Assembly: GCA_035635355.1 (NCBI GenBank)
Contig: DASQBE010000157.1
Span: 1 to 42,240 of the forward strand
DNA length: 42,240 nt
Reading direction: 5' to 3'
DNA from: Candidatus Binatia bacterium
GTDB lineage: Bacteria > Eisenbacteria > RBG-16-71-46 > SZUA-252
How positions within the stretch are numbered: position 1 is the stretch's first letter; each line of letters starts with the position of its first letter. The position numbers and the translations under genes were made by a program. This document shows positions 36,460 through 42,240 of the stretch, one piece after another. The notes beneath the pieces were generated by a model. It ran no database searches. It saw nothing but the letters and a program-made list of their open reading frames with translations, and was not told the origin of the DNA.

Positions 36460-38313
36460 TCAGGCGGCCGCGGGCAGCAGAATGCGGAACATCGTCCCCT
36501 GCCCCGGCGCGCTCACCGTCTCGATCGATCCACCGTGTCGCTGCACGATCCCGTGCGCCACGAAAAGGCCCAGGCCCGTTCCCTTGGGCCGCGTCGTGTA
36601 GAACGGCTCGAAGAGGTGGGGCACGTGCTCGGGCGCGATCCCCGCTCCGGTGTCCGAGATCTCGATCTCGACGCGCGGCGAGGGCGGGTTTACGACGCGG
36701 CGGGCGCGGATTGTGACCTCGCCCTCGCCCTCGATCGCCTGGACGGCGTTCAGGACCAGGTTCAGGAACACTTGCAGGAGCTGGTCGGTATCGGCCAGGA
36801 CCTTGGGCCAAGTATCGGCACCCTCGAGGCGGATCTGGACCCTTCCCTCGGGGATGGAGGGGGCGAGGGTCCGGAGGGCGCGGGCGGCCACGTCGGCGAC
36901 CGACACGGGCCCCAGGGTGAGCATCCTGGGCCTCGTGGCGGTGAGGAGGTCCTGGACGATGGTGTTGAGCCGGGAGACCTCGCGCAGGATGAACTGGACG
37001 TCCACGCGCCGCTCGTCCCCCTCGGGGAACCCGCGGCTCAGGTACTCCACGCCGGTCGCGATCCCGGTCAGGGGGTTTCGGATCTCGTGCGCGACGCTGG
37101 AGGCGAACCGCCCCAGGGCCGCCAGGCGGTCCAGCTGTCGAATCCGCTCCTCCATGCTGCGGACGTCCGAGAGGTCGGTGAGCGTGGCCACGGCGCCCCG
37201 CGTGCGGCCCTCGGCGTCACGCAGCGGGGCCGCGTTCACCTCGACCGGGATCGCGGTGCCGTCCTGGCGGCGGACGATGTGCTCGGAGGGCGCTCCGGCC
37301 CCGGTCCGGCCGAGCGCGCGCAGGAGCGCCTCCTGCCAGCCTTCGGCGCCGCCGATCTCCTCGATGGTCTTGGCCAGGGTGGTCTCGCGCGGGGCGCCGA
37401 GGATGGTCTCCGCGGAGCGGTTCCAGGCCAGGACCTGCCCTTCGCGGTCCACCGCGACGACGCCCAGGGGCATGCTCTCGATCACGTCCTCCCGGAAGCG
37501 CGCCTCGAGGTCCAACGCTTCGTTCAAGCTCAGGTTCACGCAGAGGGCGCCGAGGGCGGGCACGATGGCTTCCACGGAGGCGTCGCGCGCCCCGTCGGAG
37601 TCCCCGGAGATGCCCATGAGGCCGAGCACGCGATGAAACTGGCACGGGCCGCAGCGTCTGCGGCCCTCCCCCTGGCTCGCGAGGGGCGCGCCCGTGATCA
37701 CGCACGATCGGCCCTCCGCTGCGGATCCAGGGCACGGGGGCTGTCCGCCGCTGAGCCGCTCCTCCGGCACTTCCCCGCGCACCGGGATCGGGCGCCACGG
37801 GCCTCCGCGCCGCTCCCCCCAGGGGTCGGTGACGAGGACCTCCACCCCTTCCCCGAGCGCGAGCCAGCGGAGCCACTCGGGATCCATGTCGCGCAGCGAG
37901 ACGCGTCCCGAGCGGGTCTCGAGCTCTCCGCCGGGACCCGAGCGCCAGAGCGCGAGCTCGGCCGGATTCCCCCGCCTCATCCCGAGCCAGAGGCCGGGCT
38001 CGTTCAGCGCCCGAGCCAGGTATTGGATCAGGGTTCGAAACGGGTGGTCGGGCTCGCGACCCGGAACCGCGAACGCGATCAGCTCCCCCATGCCCCGGAG
38101 CTGGACGCGGGTGGCCAGCTCTCTACGGAAGTTCGCTTCGAGGTCGTGCAGGAGAACTTGAACCAACGCTTCGGCCGAGTCCCGGGGCGGGTCGGCGGCG
38201 CCGGAGGTGACGTCCGGGATGGGCGGGAGGCCGCACAGGGCGCGGATCTCCTCCGCGCGCCTCCAAAGCGCGTCGAGGGCCCATCCTTGGATCTTCGGAT
38301 CGTGCGCGGTCAC
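36460..38313 (-). CDS. Cytoplasmic sensor histidine kinase: an unknown N-terminal sensor region with a 4-Cys insert, then PAS, HisKA and HATPase_c domains.
   Basis: No TM segment is evident. PAS: MPLGVVAVDREGQVLAWNRSAETILG. H-box: FASSVAHEIRNPLTGI. N box LNLVLNAVQA. G boxes DTGAGI and GTGLGL. GTG start. Confidence 0.85.
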   Translation of the reverse strand: MTAHDPKIQGWALDALWRRAEEIRALCGLPPIPDVTSGAADPPRDSAEALVQVLLHDLEANFRRELATRVQLRGMGELIAFAVPGREPDHPFRTLIQYLARALNEPGLWLGMRRGNPAELALWRSGPGGELETRSGRVSLRDMDPEWLRWLALGEGVEVLVTDPWGERRGGPWRPIPVRGEVPEERLSGGQPPCPGSAAEGRSCVITGAPLASQGEGRRRCGPCQFHRVLGLMGISGDSDGARDASVEAIVPALGALCVNLSLNEALDLEARFREDVIESMPLGVVAVDREGQVLAWNRSAETILGAPRETTLAKTIEEIGGAEGWQEALLRALGRTGAGAPSEHIVRRQDGTAIPVEVNAAPLRDAEGRTRGAVATLTDLSDVRSMEERIRQLDRLAALGRFASSVAHEIRNPLTGIATGVEYLSRGFPEGDERRVDVQFILREVSRLNTIVQDLLTATRPRMLTLGPVSVADVAARALRTLAPSIPEGRVQIRLEGADTWPKVLADTDQLLQVFLNLVLNAVQAIEGEGEVTIRARRVVNPPSPRVEIEISDTGAGIAPEHVPHLFEPFYTTRPKGTGLGLFVAHGIVQRHGGSIETVSAPGQGTMFRILLPAAA

Positions 38314-38330
38314 GAAGGACCGTCTGGGAG

Positions 38331-39101
38331 CTAGTGAGCTCCCTCGCCCCGAGCCATCACTTTCACGGTGGCAGCCATGATCTTCAGATCGAGCAGGATG
38401 CGACCGTTCTTGAGGTAGTAGAGATCGTACTGGAGCTTGCGGTTGGCGCTGTCGACCGAGGTGTCATAGCGGGATTTCACCTGCGCGAGTCCCGTGATGC
38501 CGGGCAGAGCGCTACATCGCTTGGGATAGTCGGGGATCGAAACCGAGAGCGATTGGACGAACGTGGGGCGCTCGGGGCGCGGGCCCACGAGGCTCATGTC
38601 GCCCAGCAGGACGTTCCAGAGCTGAGGGATCTCGTCCAGCCGCGTCCGGCGAAGGAATTTTCCGACGCGCGTGATGCGTGAATCTTGCGCCGCGGCCCAG
38701 ACGGGTCCGGTGTTGCGCTCCGCGTCGGCCACCATGCTCCGGAATTTGTAGATCTTGAAGGGACGTCCGAACGCGTCCGCCTGGCGCCGCTCCTTCGCGG
38801 AGGGATGTCCATTGCGGCGGCCGCGGCGACGGTTGATGCCGACGCGCACCTGCGTGTAGAAGACGGGACCGGGAGTATCGAGGGTCACTGCTGCTGCGAT
38901 GGCGAGACAAATGGGAAGAAGAGCCACGAGTCCGATCGAGGACGCCGTGAGGTCCAGAGACCTCTTGAAGATTCGCTCGAAAGCCCGCCCCTCCCCCGCA
39001 TTCTGCCTCGCCGCCCAACGCGCCGAAGGAAGAATCACGATACTCAACCCACCCTCTACTTTCGAGCCGGGCTCGTGATGCCGATCCGGGCGCCGAGGCA
39101 A
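38331..39101 (-). CDS. Polyprenyl-phosphate sugar-phosphate transferase (bacterial sugar transferase family, WbaP/PglC-like small type). The start is uncertain.
   Basis: FKRSLDLTASSIGLVALLPICLAIAAAV...GPVFYTQVRVG...FKIYKFRSM...DEIPQLWNVLLGDMSLVGPRPERP...KPGITGLAQV. The ORF-track start is a TTG. A GTG at 39038 preceded by GAGGGTGGG is an alternative. Confidence 0.85.
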   Translation of the reverse strand: MPRRPDRHHEPGSKVEGGLSIVILPSARWAARQNAGEGRAFERIFKRSLDLTASSIGLVALLPICLAIAAAVTLDTPGPVFYTQVRVGINRRRGRRNGHPSAKERRQADAFGRPFKIYKFRSMVADAERNTGPVWAAAQDSRITRVGKFLRRTRLDEIPQLWNVLLGDMSLVGPRPERPTFVQSLSVSIPDYPKRCSALPGITGLAQVKSRYDTSVDSANRKLQYDLYYLKNGRILLDLKIMAATVKVMARGEGAH

Positions 39102-39254
39102 TGGTGCGCTCGGTCGTTGGCCCGGAGGTTCTACGGCTGAGCCGTCGCGGGCGCCGGCACCGCGCGAGGCTTCGCGGAGAGCAAGGTGGGGACGCCGGCC
39201 GTTGTGGACACACTTCCAGCCGTACGCCTATGCCCTGCCCCCACGACGCTAAAG

Positions 39255-39283
39255 AGTATAGCAGCGGTAGGGTGGCGAGGCAA
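39255..39283 (-). promoter_or_regulatory. Candidate sigma-70 promoter with an extended -10 element for the sugar transferase / kinase / regulator genes.
   Basis: On the - strand: TTGCCT (39283-39278), a 17-nt spacer ending in TGC, then TATACT (39260-39255). This gives the same TGCTATACT element seen at uvrC. Confidence 0.45.
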
Positions 39284-39312
39284 GGGGCAAACGATTCGGT
39301 TTTCGACCACCC

Positions 39313-40749
39313 TCAACGGCGGGCGATTTCCACCCTTGGGGCGAAGGAAAGCGCGACCAGGGACGCGGCCAGCTCGTCGGCCGATTTCTTGGAATTGAGG
39401 CGGGCCAGCGTGAGCTGGTAGCCGGCGCCCGGGATCTGCGTGATCGTGGCGTCCTTGAGCGAGAATCCGAGGATCCGGAGCGCCTTGAGCTCGGACTGGG
39501 CGCTGGATTCCGTCTCGTAGCTGCCGAGCACCACCTCGTACTGGTCCGGTCCGCTGGACTTCGGCTGGGCCGGCGCGGGAGCGCTGGACTTCGGGGCCTC
39601 GGCGACCGCCGGGGCCGGCGACGCGGGCACGGCCGAGGGTTTCGCGACGGCAGGCGGTTTCGACTCCGGCGCGGCATCGGCCTTCTTCGCGGTGGGCGCG
39701 CTGGCGATGACCGGCGGCTGCTTGGTCGTGGGCGGGCGGGCCGGCTGCTTCCTCGGCTCCGGCGCCTTCGGCTCGGGTCTGCCCTCGGCGCCGAACGTGT
39801 ACCCGAACGAGAGGCGATGGATGTCCGCGAAGCCGTTGTCGGGGGTCATCGCGTAGTCGAGGTTCATGGGCCCGTAGTGCGCCCCCAGCCCGAACGAGAG
39901 GCCGGTGGAGGGATCGTCGCTCGTGCCCGCCACGCGGCGGTACCCGACGCGGAGCGCGAGAATGGGATTCGGCCTGATCTCCGCCCCGACGCGGACGTCG
40001 TTGTAGTAGGTCTTCGGCATCGTGTAATCGGCGGCCAGGAGGAGACGCTCGGTGAAGAAGGGATGGCTCACGCCGAACCGCGTGACCTGGGGCAGCGAAT
40101 ACTTCCCTCCCCCGAGCGAGAGGTCGGGCCCGAGGTTCTGCACCGTGGCTCCCAGCGTGGCCCCCGCGATCGTGGCGGCCGCGCCCAGATCCACCGCCCC
40201 GCCCGTGCCCGAAACGGTTGCCAGCGTCTGGCGGATGAACTTTCCGTTCGCGCCCAGCATGAGCCCCTTCATGACCGGCCTCGCGTAGCCCAGCGTCAGG
40301 GCCATGTCGTAGACGTGAAAATCACCGGTCGGGTTGTCGAACTCGTCCACGCCGCTGATGCTCGGCATGTGGAAGTAGGCCACGCTCGCCGAGCCCACGC
40401 CCTTCTGCGCGCCGAGCGGCCGCGCGTAGCCGACCCACTCGTACTGCAGATTGCCCAGCCACGTCGCGTGCATCATCGAGGCCTGCGGGCGCGTCATGGT
40501 CGCGAGGAGCGAGGGATTCCAGAATTGGGAGCTGGCTCCGCTCGCGACGCTGGTGTTCGCTCCGGCGAGTCCGGCCGAGCTGGCGCCGATCTCGAAACCG
40601 AGGAAGTCACCGGCGCTCGTCCCCACCGCGACATCCGCGAACGCGGGACGTACGGCGGAGTACAAGGGCGAGGCCGCGAGAAGAAGAGCGAGCAGCGCGG
40701 AGATTCGACCCGGCGTGAGGAACGTGTGCGCCAACAGATTCTTTCGCAT
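39313..40749 (-). CDS. PorV/PorQ-family-like outer-membrane beta-barrel fused through a Pro/Ala/Lys-rich linker to a C-terminal SPOR peptidoglycan-binding domain.
   Basis: Signal peptide ALLALLLAASPLYSA. Barrel region: GASSAGLAGANTSVASGASSQFWNPSLLA ... ending in the beta-signal-like HRLSFGYTF (Phe codon at 39793-39795). An 84-aa PA-rich linker follows (39541-39792). The SPOR-like region is YEVVLGSYETESSAQSELKALRILGF...YQLTLARLNSKKSADELAASL (39316-39540). Confidence 0.65.
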   Translation of the reverse strand: MRKNLLAHTFLTPGRISALLALLLAASPLYSAVRPAFADVAVGTSAGDFLGFEIGASSAGLAGANTSVASGASSQFWNPSLLATMTRPQASMMHATWLGNLQYEWVGYARPLGAQKGVGSASVAYFHMPSISGVDEFDNPTGDFHVYDMALTLGYARPVMKGLMLGANGKFIRQTLATVSGTGGAVDLGAAATIAGATLGATVQNLGPDLSLGGGKYSLPQVTRFGVSHPFFTERLLLAADYTMPKTYYNDVRVGAEIRPNPILALRVGYRRVAGTSDDPSTGLSFGLGAHYGPMNLDYAMTPDNGFADIHRLSFGYTFGAEGRPEPKAPEPRKQPARPPTTKQPPVIASAPTAKKADAAPESKPPAVAKPSAVPASPAPAVAEAPKSSAPAPAQPKSSGPDQYEVVLGSYETESSAQSELKALRILGFSLKDATITQIPGAGYQLTLARLNSKKSADELAASLVALSFAPRVEIARR

Positions 40750-40832
40750 TGGCTAATCCCCCCGGAGAAATCGCACGCGAACTGGGCGGCACGTCATGAA
40801 GTGAAATGGGATTGGTGTTCGCGGTATGTAAG

Positions 40833-40849
40833 GGCAGGTAACGTGCCAG
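40833..40849 (-). promoter_or_regulatory. Near-consensus sigma-54 (-24/-12) promoter upstream of the PorV-like-SPOR gene.
   Basis: The - strand reads CTGGCACGTTACCTGCC, against the consensus YTGGCACG-N4-TTGCW. GG and GC are at the correct spacing, with one mismatch in TTGC. It lies about 85 nt upstream of the ATG at 40749. Confidence 0.6.
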
Positions 40850-40991
40850 CGGGAGGTCTACGTGGAATTTACAGTACGGTAGTAACGCTTTGCGCGGCAA
40901 CAGTATGCGGGTGGCCCGATCGAGCCAGGGGTGGCGCGCGCGAGGGCGTGTGCGGATTGCGTACACATCGCGCGTTACGGGACGCGCGGTC

Positions 40992-42098
40992 TTAGAACCG
41001 GTATCTGAGGGCGAGGCTCGCGGTTTCGGCTCCGGCGGGCGCGACCAGCGAGACCTTGCTCGCATGTGCCGAGCCCGCCCCGACCGGCGTCAGGCCCGCG
41101 TCGATGACGTTCGCCACGTAGATGGCCAGCGTCGTGAGCGCGAGCCGGTCGACGAGCTTGTGCGATCGCTTCTCGAGATCGGTGAAGTGATCCACCTCGG
41201 CCTGCCGCTCCGCGGTCTCGCTCGAGGTCGCCGTGAGGAGCAGCGCATCGGCGCGGGCGCGCTTTGTCTGGATCCGGTGGAGGCTCTCGCTGGCGGTGAC
41301 ATACGCGGCGCCGGAAAGGAACGTGCCCCCCAGCCAGAGGGCGCCGCGCATGTTCCGGCCCACGTAGTCCTGCCCCGCGCCGGGAACCAGGATGGAGCGT
41401 ACGACCACGCCCGGCCGGCTTGCCGCCGGGGTCGCGACCGTGACCCGGCTCGGGCCGGACTCCAGGACCTCCAGGCGGGCCCTCGCGATGTTGTCGAACG
41501 CGCTCAGGACCCACACCGCGCTGGTGTAGATCGCCCACCGGTCCCGCGCGTAGCGGAAGTCCCCCGCCTGATCTTGCAGCTCCACGTCGGGCTTGTCCTT
41601 CTTGTCGCTGTACTCGATCTGGTCGCGGACGATGGCGCCCAGACCGCCGACGCCGGCGGCCACGAACGCCCATCCCCGCGGCGTGCGATGGCCCATGAGC
41701 GCGGCGGCGCCGGGGGGATAGAGGGAGTGCAGGAGGAGCTTCCCCGTGAGGCGCCGGGGCTCCGAGAGCGCGTAGGGCGGAACGCCCGGCTCCGGGAAGT
41801 AGAGAACGCCCTGGGCCGCGGCGTGACCCGGGGCCTGGACCACGACCGAATACCGCCCGCTCCACTGCGGTCCCAGGTCGAGGGGCGAAGCGCCGATGAG
41901 CTCGGTGGCGCCGCGAAGGTCGATCTGCGCGTCCGCCGGCGAGCTCAGGATCGTCATTCCCGCGGCGCCGGCGCCGGTCGGAGGCGCCTGGGCCGCTGCA
42001 CTCCGGGGTACCAGGGCCGCGCCAACGCAGAGTGCCGCGACGGCGAGGAGCCGCGCGCGAGCGCCTGGGACGATGGGGATGCCTCGATTCGTTCTCAT
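40992..42098 (-). CDS. Signal-peptide protein with a PEGA-like domain followed by several hydrophobic segments carrying DUF5683-like PG(A)GQ motifs.
   Basis: LLAVAALCVGAALVPRSAAAQ. The PEGA-like region is ILSSPADAQIDLRGATELIGASPLDLGPQWSGRYSVVVQAPGH. SILVPGAGQDYVGRNMRGALWLGGTFLSGAAYV is also present. The protein ends in LALRYRF. Confidence 0.5.
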   Translation of the reverse strand: MRTNRGIPIVPGARARLLAVAALCVGAALVPRSAAAQAPPTGAGAAGMTILSSPADAQIDLRGATELIGASPLDLGPQWSGRYSVVVQAPGHAAAQGVLYFPEPGVPPYALSEPRRLTGKLLLHSLYPPGAAALMGHRTPRGWAFVAAGVGGLGAIVRDQIEYSDKKDKPDVELQDQAGDFRYARDRWAIYTSAVWVLSAFDNIARARLEVLESGPSRVTVATPAASRPGVVVRSILVPGAGQDYVGRNMRGALWLGGTFLSGAAYVTASESLHRIQTKRARADALLLTATSSETAERQAEVDHFTDLEKRSHKLVDRLALTTLAIYVANVIDAGLTPVGAGSAHASKVSLVAPAGAETASLALRYRF

Positions 42099-42134
42099 TC
42101 GGTTCGGAGTGGGGCGCGGATCAGGCGGATGACG

Positions 42135-42240
42135 TTACTCGCCGCGCTCGAGTGAAGTCAACCGGGTCGTCACCATCTGCGCCACGACTTCGAGGAGGAG
42201 CAGCGTGCCGGCCAGCTTCTCGCGCCCGTACTCGGGGTCG
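42135..42240 (-). CDS. 3' end of an unidentified gene whose 5' part lies outside the window.
   Basis: The - strand frame reads ...DPEYGREKLAGTLLLLEVVAQMVTTRLTSLERGE then TAA at 42137-42135. This frame has high GC3, the alternative frames do not. Only 36 nt separate it from the next gene. Confidence 0.3.
   Translation of the reverse strand, partial: DPEYGREKLAGTLLLLEVVAQMVTTRLTSLERGE

Noticed and set aside
40966-40991. A CGCGCG-N8-CGCGCG hairpin just downstream of the stop of the 40992-42098 gene, considered as an intrinsic terminator.
   Set aside because: No U-tract follows on the - strand, and CGCGCG is trivially self-complementary in GC-rich DNA. At best it is a weak structure.

Overview
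This is a high-GC (about 70%), densely packed bacterial chromosomal segment. It is dominated by housekeeping genes, and I recognise no rRNA, tRNA, CRISPR array, transposase or phage gene. The + strand block (1-30241) runs: a T9SS-CTD cargo fragment, Slt-type lytic transglycosylase, polyprenol-kinase family protein, secA, smg-like DUF494, topA, xerC-like, argF, an Ig-like lipoprotein, dapA, dapB and proS. rpsT is encoded on the - strand at this point. The + strand continues with uvrC-ogt-xerD, a small OMP barrel, a beta-CASP nuclease / Snf2 ATPase / YqhG-like cassette, a TPR anchor protein, GH57, two small membrane proteins and a lower-GC lipoprotein. The - strand block (30186-42240) runs from its upstream end: an unidentified partial CDS, a PEGA-like membrane protein, a PorV/PorQ-like barrel fused to SPOR, a sugar transferase, a PAS histidine kinase, a sigma-54 NtrC-type regulator, lptE-like, holA, leuS and a YbaY+META lipoprotein. 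Many neighbouring genes share ATGA/GTGA/TTGA start-stop overlaps, which suggests translational coupling. An LptE homologue, OMP barrels, a T9SS-type sorting tail and a PorV-like gene point to a diderm organism with a type IX secretion system; a precise taxon cannot be assigned from the sequence alone. Two loci deserve follow-up. The first is the overlapping beta-CASP nuclease + Tudor-Snf2 ATPase + YqhG-like cassette (20377-24552). The second is the envelope cluster at 35014-40966, which has a near-consensus sigma-54 promoter with an upstream dyad, the PorV-like-SPOR fusion, and a kinase with a four-Cys sensor insert. The very long ORFs antisense to real genes are treated as GC-content artefacts. 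All homology calls come from motif recognition by eye and need database confirmation.
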